64,000 bases of DNA, from assembly GCA_046483985.1 (NCBI GenBank), contig JAWOCD010000090.1, positions 32,001 to 96,000 on the forward strand. Reading direction: 5' to 3'. This document shows positions 51,057 to 61,573 of the stretch, piece after piece. This stretch comes from Promethearchaeia archaeon (GTDB lineage Archaea > Asgardarchaeota > Lokiarchaeia > Sigyniarchaeales > SOKP01). Positions within the stretch are counted from its first letter, which is position 1; the number at the start of each line of letters is the position of its first letter. Position numbers and translations under genes: made by a program. Under the pieces are notes generated by a model. The model was given only the letters and a program-made list of their open reading frames with translations, did no database searches and was not told where the DNA came from.

Positions 51057-51256
51057 TTTATTTTGTTTGATTTTATTTCTATTTACTGTTATATTATAAT
51101 TAAAGCAATTATTAAAGCATTCTTTTTATGTTTTACAAATAATTATTCAAGAGGGTTACATTTTTGAATTAACTCACTGAAATTTATTATAATTTAAAAA
51201 CTCTAAATAATTTTTCAAAATAATTACAATTATCTTAAATATTCAAATATAAAAAA

Positions 51257-51640
51257 ATGAGAACTAAAAATTTTGCAGAGGATTTATCTAAAGCACAAGA
51301 CTATTTACAAGAAGAGGAATTCCAAAAAGCACTTAAAGTGCTTTATCGTCTGAGAGAAATAGAGCAAAAGGGAGATTTTGATAATTCGCTTACGCATAAG
51401 TTATATCAACTGATCTCCAATGCTGAATCGATGCATAACCAGAAAATAATTATATCCTTCTTAGAGGACTTGAAAAAAGAACAAGACAAAGTAAATCTTG
51501 ACGAACTTCAGGAGGTTGTGAATGCTAGAGAGGATATTCATATTAAAGAGGGGATCTTGGGCAGAGAGATTGAGCTCCTAATCCTTAGAGGGGTTCTCTC
51601 TGCCAAAATTCAAGGAAATGAATTAATTTTTAAAAAATGA
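51257..51640 (+). CDS. Small helical + PCI-like winged-helix protein
   Basis: VNLDELQEVV...REIELLILRGVLSAKIQGNELIF. Confidence 0.6.
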   Translation: MRTKNFAEDLSKAQDYLQEEEFQKALKVLYRLREIEQKGDFDNSLTHKLYQLISNAESMHNQKIIISFLEDLKKEQDKVNLDELQEVVNAREDIHIKEGILGREIELLILRGVLSAKIQGNELIFKK

Positions 51641-51661
51641 CTTCTTTCGCAGATCGTTAAA
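51639..51661 (-). repeat. Family A 23-bp repeat copy
   Basis: Exact reverse complement of 3007-3029; overlaps the TGA of 51257..51640. Confidence 0.7.
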
Positions 51662-51697
51662 AATAACGCACAGAAGAAGTAAAAGTAGTTTGTTGTA

Positions 51698-52537
51698 TTA
51701 AACTCTGAGGGTTATCGGTTCTATCCCTGTTTGCTTTCCGAATGAGGGGATAATCCACATATACATACAATACTTAGTATCTTTGTAAAAGGGACGGGCA
51801 AAATTACTATGCCCTAAACTGCCAGGGAAAAATAAACCTTCTCCATCACTTAAGTCACGGCATACGGACTCTCCATCAACATTTATCATATATTGGGAGA
51901 CGGAATAATTAGGATCATCAATGCACATGATATAGACTTCTGGAAATCCAGGATGGATATGCGGATAGACCTCGGTTCTTCCACTTTCATTTTCCTCTAA
52001 GTTGACACTCGTAATGACCCCTTGTTGTAATGATTTGGGGGGAATATTTGTAAATCCTGCCATGTAATACTCATTTTTAATCGCTGTCCATACCGTTCGA
52101 AAGGTAGCCATTTTTTCTTCGTTCCCATGTTCCCCTCTGTCGATAAACTTCTCGGCACCGTAATGCGCAACTTGAAAATCGCTTGAACCCAATTTATCTA
52201 TTGAAGAATGTACTAAACAGATTTTATGGATTTGATTGGGTCCAAGACGTCTGGTTAGTTCTAATTCGGTATCTGGGGGAAGGAAAAAGAAGTCAAAACG
52301 TTCTAACTCATATTCCATCATCTTATAGACGATGGTTGCTTCCCCCGACAGTAAACAGCCGCACACTCCCTCTTTTTCCTTCGCTGAAATTTGTAAATCA
52401 TCCTCCACATAGAAATATTCCATGTTAATCCCATTCAAAGTTCTCTGAATCTTTTCTTCCGTAGGATCATTTAAATAGTAGGAATTCATCCGATCTCGTG
52501 AGAGGGGCTCAATTTTTTCTGAATTTGCTTTACTCAT
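51698..52537 (-). CDS. Bicupin, IolB/KduI-like isomerase
   Basis: LLSGEATI...DFFFLPP; YPHIHPGFPEVY...GH. Confidence 0.6.
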   Translation of the reverse strand: MSKANSEKIEPLSRDRMNSYYLNDPTEEKIQRTLNGINMEYFYVEDDLQISAKEKEGVCGCLLSGEATIVYKMMEYELERFDFFFLPPDTELELTRRLGPNQIHKICLVHSSIDKLGSSDFQVAHYGAEKFIDRGEHGNEEKMATFRTVWTAIKNEYYMAGFTNIPPKSLQQGVITSVNLEENESGRTEVYPHIHPGFPEVYIMCIDDPNYSVSQYMINVDGESVCRDLSDGEGLFFPGSLGHSNFARPFYKDTKYCMYMWIIPSFGKQTGIEPITLRV

Positions 52538-52732
52538 TTATATTTTTCTCCTTTTAGCAATGAATAAAAATGTAATTTAAATCCTGAAACTTATATTTGT
52601 CAATAATCAATGCCAATTTAAAATATTTGTATCTATAGGATATTGAGAAAGAGCCTTTTTACGTTTTTCTCTTCAGAAGAATCAAAATCGGGGTGAAAAT
52701 GTAAAGAGGCTTATTTTTAATTTATAAAGATC

Positions 52733-53920
52733 TTAAGAGATTTTGTTTTGTATTCTCACTTTCTTTTGTGAATTATCTTCAAAAATGCTCACTATAGCAT
52801 TAATCCCTTTTTGTTTTAACTTCAATTCAATTTCTTTTTCCTCGTTTTGTCTCCATTCATTATATCCGGTAAGGATTGGCTCTGTTTCAAATAGTCCTCG
52901 TTGGAGCCCAGTTAATTTTACGGTTACCCCCTCGAGATTTTCATTTGACATATTTTTTATCGAGAGGATATATTTATTCTCTTTAGCATCAATGGAGGTA
53001 ACACTAAATCGCTTTTCAAATTGCGAATTTGCACCCTCAAATAATCCTGGGGTTTGTGCTTTCCGAGCTGCGAATAAATCCAATTCTTCTTCCTTTATCT
53101 CTTTCATCTTGGCGATGGTTATGGGCACTTCTAACTCTATGGGTTTACCCCTTCTTCGCGGTCTGCCTAGAATTTTTAACGACCATCGGGAATAATCGCC
53201 ATAGCGAAATCCCCATTCTTCTTTTTCCGAAGAGGACCAGAGATAATCATGGCTCGGCTCAGCAATTTCAGGAACTTTAATCAATAAATATCCTTTCTCC
53301 GTATTATCGGTTTTTGCTTTACCTGCAATAGCAGGAGGGAGTTTTTGAACTTGACTGCAATTTTTTCCATATGCTTGACAATGACAGATTAAGTTGGCAC
53401 TTTGAAGCAATCTTATTTCAATCTCTCTTAATTCTTCAGAAGTATAATTGATCTTTATCGTTTCGCCGGGTTTAAACACGTCCTTCTTGAGATTTATTTC
53501 AAGTCCAGAAATGGATAAGGACACTGGATGCGGTTTTTTTTTCTCTTCGGAGGGTTTTGGGAGTATCGCTATTTCGTGTGCTTTTTTTATGGTAATTGCT
53601 TCGTCCGGGTTAATCGGGCTTATTTGTCGTAAAACTAAATGAACCTTATATTCCAAATCCCTTTTCTTAATGGTTGGAACTACATTTGATTTAATTAGCA
53701 TCGGACGGGTTCTAATGTAAGTTCCCGCTTCAAAATGTCCCTTGGGAAAGACTTCTTGTTTGTTAATTTGAAGCTCTTTGTCACAAGGAGGTTGTGTGAT
53801 TAAACGGATACCACTCCATAATATGTCTTTGTCCTCCTCAAACTCATATTCCGCTTTAATGCCGAGTTTGTCCCCCACAAACACAGATCCGTTGTTTAAA
53901 TCACTTAATTTCAGATTCAT
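52733..53920 (-). CDS. Arrestin-fold protein with extra C-terminal Ig-like domain
   Basis: VFVGDKL...FEAGTY...VVPT...LEYKV (arrestin-N); LKKDVFKPGETIKI...IKVPEIAEPS...LEVPITI (arrestin-C). Confidence 0.65.
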   Translation of the reverse strand: MNLKLSDLNNGSVFVGDKLGIKAEYEFEEDKDILWSGIRLITQPPCDKELQINKQEVFPKGHFEAGTYIRTRPMLIKSNVVPTIKKRDLEYKVHLVLRQISPINPDEAITIKKAHEIAILPKPSEEKKKPHPVSLSISGLEINLKKDVFKPGETIKINYTSEELREIEIRLLQSANLICHCQAYGKNCSQVQKLPPAIAGKAKTDNTEKGYLLIKVPEIAEPSHDYLWSSSEKEEWGFRYGDYSRWSLKILGRPRRRGKPIELEVPITIAKMKEIKEEELDLFAARKAQTPGLFEGANSQFEKRFSVTSIDAKENKYILSIKNMSNENLEGVTVKLTGLQRGLFETEPILTGYNEWRQNEEKEIELKLKQKGINAIVSIFEDNSQKKVRIQNKIS

Positions 53921-54084
53921 TTCTCATTAATCCTATGAAAATAGATATTTGATATTGTATAATCTATGATTGATATTATATTTTAGTAATAGTAATGATA
54001 ATAATAATAATTTTTTTTCTTATTTCAATAATTATGAGGGAGAATGAAGAAATAATTAAAAAGAATAATAAATTTAAAAAAAAT

Positions 54085-54993
54085 TTATTCTGAATGTGCT
54101 GAGATAACCACGTCGGCAAATAATTTCATGTCGTTAAGTAGCGTGTTAAGCTTTTCTTGGGAATCCATATCAAACTCGCCGGACTTCATGACAAGCACGG
54201 AAATAATATATTTAAAGATATGCAATTCGATTTCTTGCCCGTCATCGTTCCGACCCTTGAAATCGGCAGAGTCCGACATAAAGATGTTCTCTCGCACAGT
54301 ATTACATGCATTAATAAAGTCTCGCAAATCTCCTCTGAGGGTGAGTCCCGAACTAACTCCCTTTACGTTATGAACAATCACATTCCCGGAAATATCTGAG
54401 ATGATAATCTTGGCGTCTATGTCCTCTAACTTTTCCTCAGCTTTTTCTACATGTTCTTTTAGTTCTGAATAGGAGCTAATAAGAATATCTCGGAAAATTG
54501 TTGCCAGCTTGTCTTGGTTGTAAATTGAGGTCAGATAATACTCAAATTCATAGTCCTTAAACATATCTAAGAATTTTTCTTTTGCCTTTTTCACATTTGT
54601 ATCTAACATTTCTTTCTCATAATCCTTAGTGTCGTACTTATGAAGAAACAGAAAAATCTTGGGTTTCTCATTGATTTTCCTGTGAGTTTTTAAAATTCCC
54701 TCAAAATATTCTTTGGCTTGCTCAAACGAGCTGGGATCATGTAAGTCAACAATAGGTATCAGAATGTCATCTCCTCTGAACAAGTCAGGCTTTTCAAGAT
54801 ATTCCTGTCTGTACTGTTTTTGACCTCCAAAATCGAAGATTCCGACTTGCAACCCCAGAAATGGATGCCGTCTCGTCTCATATAAAATTGTAGGACTCAA
54901 GTCCTTCGTATCTGTAGGACTTTTGCCAGCAAACGCTACAGAATAAAGAGAAGTCTTTCCACAGCCCGAAAGTCCCACTAGACTAATTTTCAT
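54085..54993 (-). CDS. Rag/Gtr-like GTPase with C-terminal roadblock-like domain
   Basis: GLSGCGKTS, SPT, DFGGQ, HKYD, LTSIY, followed by an alpha/beta tail of about 120 aa. Confidence 0.85.
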   Translation of the reverse strand: MKISLVGLSGCGKTSLYSVAFAGKSPTDTKDLSPTILYETRRHPFLGLQVGIFDFGGQKQYRQEYLEKPDLFRGDDILIPIVDLHDPSSFEQAKEYFEGILKTHRKINEKPKIFLFLHKYDTKDYEKEMLDTNVKKAKEKFLDMFKDYEFEYYLTSIYNQDKLATIFRDILISSYSELKEHVEKAEEKLEDIDAKIIISDISGNVIVHNVKGVSSGLTLRGDLRDFINACNTVRENIFMSDSADFKGRNDDGQEIELHIFKYIISVLVMKSGEFDMDSQEKLNTLLNDMKLFADVVISAHSE

Positions 54994-55085
54994 TTTTAGT
55001 TTGATTTCCTCTTTATATTTTAATATCTATAATAATGTATTTCATTTATATTTTAAATTAATTTTAAATTAAAAAAATTTGATTT

Positions 55086-56555
55086 TTATTTTGGTCCAAA
55101 TGATCGTGTCTTACTATAAATCTTACCGTATTCGTCGGAGACCGCTTCCAGCAATACATCGCCTTCTGAATCTTCTGCTTGATAATCAATTTCGATTGTT
55201 TCATACGGAAAGAGTTCCTTTATATTCGTAACCCACGGATTCTTTTCAAACATGTCCTCCAAGGTGACCACTCTGATTTTAACATTCTCTAGGATAAATC
55301 CCACCGTATTTTGGATGGTAAAATGAATAATATTATCCTCCTCGTCGAATTTCTTACGTACACTTAAGGCCCTTCGTGACTCCAGTATATGTTTTGTCTT
55401 TGTATCCTCCGGTTTTGTTTCCATTCGCTCTTCTTCTTCTTCTTCTTCCATATCCCGTACGATAAAAACCTTTCTCTTTTGGATATTGTATTGAGAAACT
55501 TTTTTTAATTTTGCCAAAAAGAGCACCGAATTGAGGTTAATCTCATTGTAGGGTTTAATAGTCAGATATTCTTTTTCAGCGGCATCTTCGATAATTTCCG
55601 TTCCAATGCCCGAGCGGGCAAACACGGTGTTTTTTTTTGCTTCGCTCCCGACCGACCCAACGGAAATATCAGCATTTTCGCAGGCCAAATCGGTACAAAA
55701 ATTGCAGCTGGAGGATTTATATTTATGTAGGGATTTAATTGAATAGGATTTGACGGGATCATCATCCTCATCGTAATAAACATGGAATTTTCCCTTATTA
55801 ATGTCCATTTTCTCGACCTTTTCCAAATCGACCCCATCTTTTTCAAACATGGGATATAGGGACTCCGGAGAAAATGAATCCATACAGAAAAGCCCTATTT
55901 TGAGCACATGTGCCCTCATAAAATAGCGAAGCATCCCCGCGGGGGAATTCATCATTTTATCAACAGCGTTGATATTGCACGGCGTTCCCACGAAGGCAAT
56001 AGAACGGTAATCTTCCCGAATCGCTTCCATTAGCGCCTCAACCGTTTGCGAATGGCAGTAAATCGAACCCGCAGCTTTTATGGCATCGTCCTTGTTGGTT
56101 ACGATTTGAGCCACGGGATACCATGGATTATCGGGATCTTTCATGGTGACAACGGCCGCATCGATCAATTTTTCATCAAATAGGTAACATAATAAGCTTG
56201 TCACGGTTCCTCCATCTTGGTAACCGAGTACCTCGGGTATATCCGTATTAGCGACGTAACCGGTATCAAATTCTCCGATCAATTGAACCGGGTCCGTTAT
56301 AGTTCTGGGGCATTGATTATAACAAATTCCGCATCCGGTACATTTGCCGACCAACCGTGGTTGTCCTTTAACATGGTCCCATTCTAAGACAGGACAAACG
56401 GCGGCACACGTTCCGCATTCAGTACAGATCCCCGTTCTGATGACTTCTTTCATAAGTTTTCCATATGAATCTTTTTTACCCTCGAGCTTCTTTTGAATGT
56501 AGTCAAAAGAGTATTCGTATTTTGTTTCGTCTTCTTTTACTTCATTTTCCGTCAT
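55086..56555 (-). CDS. FrhB/FdhB-family (F420-binding) protein with N-terminal ferredoxin and C-terminal Ig-like extension
   Basis: CTECGTCAAVCP, QDGGTVT, VGTPC, GLFCMDSF, CNFCTD, DISVGSVG. Confidence 0.9.
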   Translation of the reverse strand: MTENEVKEDETKYEYSFDYIQKKLEGKKDSYGKLMKEVIRTGICTECGTCAAVCPVLEWDHVKGQPRLVGKCTGCGICYNQCPRTITDPVQLIGEFDTGYVANTDIPEVLGYQDGGTVTSLLCYLFDEKLIDAAVVTMKDPDNPWYPVAQIVTNKDDAIKAAGSIYCHSQTVEALMEAIREDYRSIAFVGTPCNINAVDKMMNSPAGMLRYFMRAHVLKIGLFCMDSFSPESLYPMFEKDGVDLEKVEKMDINKGKFHVYYDEDDDPVKSYSIKSLHKYKSSSCNFCTDLACENADISVGSVGSEAKKNTVFARSGIGTEIIEDAAEKEYLTIKPYNEINLNSVLFLAKLKKVSQYNIQKRKVFIVRDMEEEEEEERMETKPEDTKTKHILESRRALSVRKKFDEEDNIIHFTIQNTVGFILENVKIRVVTLEDMFEKNPWVTNIKELFPYETIEIDYQAEDSEGDVLLEAVSDEYGKIYSKTRSFGPK

Positions 56556-56783
56556 AATATTTTCTGATTCAATATTTGTTAGATAAATTAAAATTAATAA
56601 TTGATTACTTAATGTAATAAAATCCTCTAAAAAAATCTTTTTCTTTCATCATTATTGAGGGGGATTTTTAAGCATCCGATTCATTTTGTTCTATTTCCCT
56701 ATAATTAACCCCAAAATCCACATATAAGTACAAAAGAAATCCCAATTCGCGAAGAAAAATTAAATTACCTTTCAAAAAAATTG

Positions 56784-58409
56784 TTAAGGAGATTTTTGTT
56801 GCTCTTCCATTTTCTCTAATCTCATCTGAATGGATTCAATTGCTTTAGTAGCATTAATGTGGACAAGCCGATGAAAGTCCTTCTGTTGTCTTTTTAAAGT
56901 ATCCAAGACGAGTTTATCGCCGAATTTCCCGAGAAAGTTAATGATACTCATTTTTACCTTAAAACATTCTTTAGGATTTACATCTAAATAATCGGCAAGT
57001 AATTGTTTGGCTCTGAGAAAGGTTCTTTTATCTCCCTCATCGAGATTTAAATTAAGGCTTTCTTCCCAGTTTTGTTTAAAAATATTATAAATCGCATCCA
57101 CTGCGACCTTTTTCAATAACCAATAAGTAGATTTACCTTGAATTATCTGAATAAGGGGCTCTATGGTGTTTTTACTGCCAATTTTACCCAAAGCGATAAT
57201 TGCATTTTTTCTGACTTCTAAATTCCGTTCTTTAATTAATTTTAGGAGAGGGTTGATAAATTGTTTCTTGCCTATCTCACCCATCAAATAGGCAACGCTT
57301 TCTTCTAATAAATAATTCCGAGAATTAATGACTTCATGAAAATATGCAAAAGAAGCATCAGAACAATTAAGATATATCTTTTTTACAGCATCCAAAATAT
57401 TCCATTTGAAATCTAAATCAATATATTCATAGGTTTCGTCTTCGATGTTAAGCGCATTCAACAGCCGGGGAACACAAGACTCATCGCCTATTTTTCCTAA
57501 TACCCTAATCGCCTCTCGACTAACCTCATTGTAGAGATCATCTATAAGGAAAAAGAGTTCTCTGATAATATCTTCATCTTTTATTTTAAGCTTTCCGATT
57601 AAATTGATTGCATTTTTTTTAACCAGAAATTCTCCGTCTTTTAAAATACCCACCAGTTCCTCCTTCAAATCTTCCTCAAAAGTATCAAACACTAAGAGAC
57701 ATTTATCGTTAAACTCCACATCTTTCTTTTCTAAACAGGTACCGATAAATTTACATAATTCATCTCGCTTGGATAAGAGTTCGGATAAAACTTCCGAATC
57801 TTCTAATACTTGTTCATTTTCATCCTTTAATGTAGGGGGGAGATCAGCCAATAGGGAGCCGATTAGTTCAATGATCGAAATTTTATGGTCCGAGCTAAAA
57901 GATTTATCTCGGATAGAATTCAGTAAAAAGGCAATACATTTTTGTGGATTCAAATCCAAAATACAATTTTTAATAAATTCTTGTATGGCTTTTGATTTGA
58001 ATTGTAATTGTTGGATCAGTAATTCCAGTTCCTCTTCCTTCGGATGGATTTTTAATACAGCCTTTAAAGCATCTAACCTGACTTCCAGGTCAATTTCCCC
58101 ATTTTCCAATATCCATTTTAGCGGTTCTAAGGCTTTCTCAGTTTTGAGATTTCCCAATGATTTTGCTGCTTCACGTTTTACATCTTGATTTTTTTCGGTA
58201 ATTACTATATCTTCTAAAACATCAAAGCATCTATTTTTTAGTTGGTCTGAGTTGCTGGATAGAAGTCCCAAATATTTAACTGACTTCCTCCTTAAACTAA
58301 TATCCCGCTCTTTATCGATAATCTCAACTAATAAATAAACTGTATTATCTAAACCCAGTTTATCTCGTTTTTTATAAATCTCTTCGGGCAATAATTTAGT
58401 TTTTATCAT
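56784..58409 (-). CDS. HEAT/PBS-lyase repeat protein
   Basis: Repeats such as VKREAAKSLGNL, VRKNAIIALGKIG, VSREAIRVLGKIG. Confidence 0.88.
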   Translation of the reverse strand: MIKTKLLPEEIYKKRDKLGLDNTVYLLVEIIDKERDISLRRKSVKYLGLLSSNSDQLKNRCFDVLEDIVITEKNQDVKREAAKSLGNLKTEKALEPLKWILENGEIDLEVRLDALKAVLKIHPKEEELELLIQQLQFKSKAIQEFIKNCILDLNPQKCIAFLLNSIRDKSFSSDHKISIIELIGSLLADLPPTLKDENEQVLEDSEVLSELLSKRDELCKFIGTCLEKKDVEFNDKCLLVFDTFEEDLKEELVGILKDGEFLVKKNAINLIGKLKIKDEDIIRELFFLIDDLYNEVSREAIRVLGKIGDESCVPRLLNALNIEDETYEYIDLDFKWNILDAVKKIYLNCSDASFAYFHEVINSRNYLLEESVAYLMGEIGKKQFINPLLKLIKERNLEVRKNAIIALGKIGSKNTIEPLIQIIQGKSTYWLLKKVAVDAIYNIFKQNWEESLNLNLDEGDKRTFLRAKQLLADYLDVNPKECFKVKMSIINFLGKFGDKLVLDTLKRQQKDFHRLVHINATKAIESIQMRLEKMEEQQKSP

Positions 58410-58470
58410 GAAAGGCGGGGTATTTTTTTCTATTCAATTTTTTTTAGTTTAAACTCATTAGACTATTAAC

Positions 58471-58940
58471 AAATAAGATCAATTAGTCTTAAAAATATTA
58501 TCAAAAACCCAAAAAATCAAATGAGAGATGATCAAGATCACCAATAAATGAAGATTCTATTTGTATTTTTATCAGAAAGATTATTAATAATGATATACAT
58601 GATTAAAATTTGGAGAAATCAAAAAATTAGAGTAAATGCATTACGATGAGGGGTATGCCAAAAAGACGAATCTTCCGAACTGTATCGCGCACGGAATGTT
58701 AATGATGTCCATGGTAGGTGTTTACATTGAGGAATGGGGAGGCTCAAGAAATGGTGAGAATCTCGGTCAAATCTCGGTCAAATCGGAAACTCAAGAGGGG
58801 CGCCTCACTACTCAAGGAACCGCTTTACTTTCTATTTAATTTTTCTTAAATTATTCTTCTTCTATTTTAGAAATAAGATCAATTTATCCTAACAAAATTA
58901 TCAAAAAGTAAAAAAGTTAAGCGAAAGTTGATCAATATCC
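58471..58940 (+). repeat. Imperfect 70-bp direct repeats (58471-58540, 58871-58940)
   Basis: Ungapped manual alignment 54/70 identical, 400 nt apart. Confidence 0.65.
58636..58839 (+). pseudogene. MaoC-like dehydratase fragment
   Basis: HYDEGYAK...IAHGML; N-terminus and middle missing; internal 12-nt duplication aatctcggtcaa. Confidence 0.7.
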
Positions 58941-59175
58941 TCCATATTTCTTTTTTTATATAAAGGTTAAAACTATGCTACTTTTTTCGATAAATAATAA
59001 TAAATATATATAGGAAACACATAAATATCTTAATATGTAATAATAGAATCTCAAAAAATTAAGGATTCTGATACCTACTTTAGTTAAAATATCTGAACTC
59101 CTTAAACAAAATTAAAAAAATATGGAAAAAGCGATATTTATAAATCTATTAAAAGAGGTGGATGTGTTAAAAAAA

Positions 59176-61113
59176 ATGCAAAATGTAACAAATCATCGGA
59201 TTGGAGTCTACTGTTGTCAATGAGGAATAAACATTAAAGGCAAAATTGACACCGCAGAATTAGCAGAATATGGGAAATCTTTTGATGAAGTCGTTATATC
59301 CAAGACGCACCCGTTCTTATGCACTGAAAGCGGTCAAAACGAAATAATAGAAGATATTGAGGAGAAAAATCTCACCGCAATTGTTGCAACGGCTTGAACC
59401 CCACGAACCCATGAACCAATTTACAGAGACACAATTTCAAAAACGAATATTAGTCCTTATCATTTTGAATTGGTTAATGTCCGAGAACATTGTAGTTGGG
59501 TCACAGAATCAAGGGAAGAAGCGATGGAAAAGGCAAAAGGATTATTACGAGGCGGTATCGAACGCGTCAAACTTCTAGACATTGTGCCCATAAGAACGGT
59601 GCCTATTGAAAGATCCACATTGGTGGTGGGTGGTGGAATTGCCGGAATGAATGCTGCCTTAGATCTTGCAAATCAAGGAATCAAAGTCTATCTGGTGGAA
59701 AGAAAAACAACAATTGGGGGCCGTATGGCTCAGCTGGACCGCACATTTCCCACGGATGATTGCAGTATCTGAATTTGCGGGCCGAAAATGTTGGAAGTCA
59801 ACAGGCATGAAAACATCGAAATTATAAGTTATGCAGAAGTTAAGGAAGTAAGCGGATATGTGGGTAATTACGAAGTTACCGTTGAAAAAAAGCCGAGATA
59901 TGTGACAGACGATTGTAATGGATGCGGAGCTTGTGCAGATGTCTGTCCCATCTACACGGAAAACTATTTTGATGAACATTTAGGAGTACGCAAAACCATT
60001 GATATTGCCTTCGGGCAAGCTGTTCCTTTTCTCTATGATATTCATCGGGACTCATGTGTTGAATGTTTTAGTTGTGTGGATGAATGCGAACTGGATGCGA
60101 TAGATTTCTCCCAAAAAGCTGAGGATATCCACATAAAGGTGGGATCAATTATTATTGCGACGGGATGGGACATCTATGAACCTTATGGCGAATATGGTTA
60201 TGGCGAATATGAAAATGTGGTTCATCAAGCCCAATTAGAACGAATGTTAGCCCCAAACGGACCACTAGGAGGTCATGTACATCGGGTTTCGGACGAGAAG
60301 ACGTTGGAGGAAATTGTGTTTATTCAATGTGTGGGAAGTCGGCAAAAAGGAAGGACCTATTGTAGCGGAATCTGTTGCATGTTGGCATTAAAGAATGCAA
60401 AATTACTAAAAGAAGAATTTCCTGAGGCAAATATCACTATTTGCTATATTGATGTGAGAACAAATGAGAAGGGTTTTGAAGAATACTATCAGCGTGCAAA
60501 AGAATCGGGTATTCGTATGATAAGAGGAAAAGTGGGAGATATAAAAGAGGATCCGGAAACAAAGTGCGTAGATATTAGAGTGTACTCATCTTTAACAGAC
60601 GAGATCATCCATATTGATGCAGATTTGCTCATTCTTTCTTCGGCCGTCTTACCTTCTAATGGCACCGAACAAATTGCTTCAGTATTAAATTTGGATGTCG
60701 ATACGAACGGATTTTTAACCGAATCGCACTTTGGTTTAATGCCCCAAGAAACTAAAACAAAAGGGATATTTATTGCAGGGTTTGCTCAAGGCCCAAAAAA
60801 TATTGCTTATTCGGTTTCCCAAGCACGAGCTGCTGCAAGTAAAGTGGCTGAATTAACGTCTCCAGGAGAAATTGATTTAGAACTTATTATCGCAGAAATA
60901 GATGAGGAACATTGTATTGGGTGTGGCAGATGCGAGCGGGAATGCCCGAATAGTGCAATCAGTATTGAGGTTGATAGCGCAATAGTTGATGAAATAAACT
61001 GTGAGGGGTGCGGTATCTGTGCTACATGTTGTCCAACTGAAGCTATTGATATTCGCTACTTTAGAGATGAGCAATTATATGCGCAAATTGAAGGAATAAT
61101 TGGAGGGGTTTAA
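59176..61113 (+). CDS. hdrA: Heterodisulfide reductase subunit A, selenoprotein with 3 in-frame UGA (codons 16, 74, 199)
   Basis: One frame: RIGVYCCQ-U-G (59221), VATA-U-TPRTHE (59395), NVREHCSW, GGGIAG, TFPTDDCSI-U-I (59770), then ORF 59788..61113. Alternative starts at 59122 and 59164. Confidence 0.93.
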
Positions 61114-61117
61114 AACT

Positions 61118-61573
61118 ATGGACAATAATTACCAAATATTGTGTTTTGCTTGCTTGAAATGAGGTTATTCAGCTGCAGATTTAGCAGGCGTATCCAGAAT
61201 GAAATATCCCTCTGCCGTGAAGATAGTGAAGGTTCTCTGTACAGGAAGAGTGGATGCGAAATATATACTTTATGCGATCAAAGCTGGTGCCGACGGTGTA
61301 ATGGTGGTGGGATGAAGACCTCACGAGTGCCAATTTAAAAAAGGGAACTTCACAGCCCAAAAACACGTGGATTTTGTTAACCGTATTCTGGAAAGAAGAG
61401 GATTTGGAAGCCATAGGGTTAATATGTACTGGCTGAGCTCTGCGGAAGCTGAGAAGCTGGTTCAAAGCGTTGAGGATGCTTACGAAAAAGTGAAAATGGC
61501 TGGTATCAATCCGATAAAAGCTAAAAAACGGAATCAAGAAAAAGAAAAAGAAACGGCTCCCTTTGTAGGATGA
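61118..61573 (+). CDS. mvhD: MvhD/VhuD [2Fe-2S] subunit, selenoprotein with 2 in-frame UGA (codons 15, 66)
   Basis: FACLK-U-GYSAADLAG (61160), LCTGRVD, GADGVMVVG-U-RPHECQF (61313), WLSSAE. Confidence 0.93.

Noticed and set aside
53060-53110. EEELDLF in the arrestin-like linker as a clathrin/AP2-binding motif
   Set aside because: Does not match the beta-arrestin consensus well, and such short motifs arise by chance.
59044-59072. Hairpin in the hdrA leader as a second SECIS
   Set aside because: It has an A-rich loop and a 3' UGA but no 5' AUGA core.
59357-61537. Separate short ORFs or pseudogene interpretation of hdrA/mvhD
   Set aside because: All interruptions are in-frame TGA at Cys positions, with no frameshifts or TAA/TAG.
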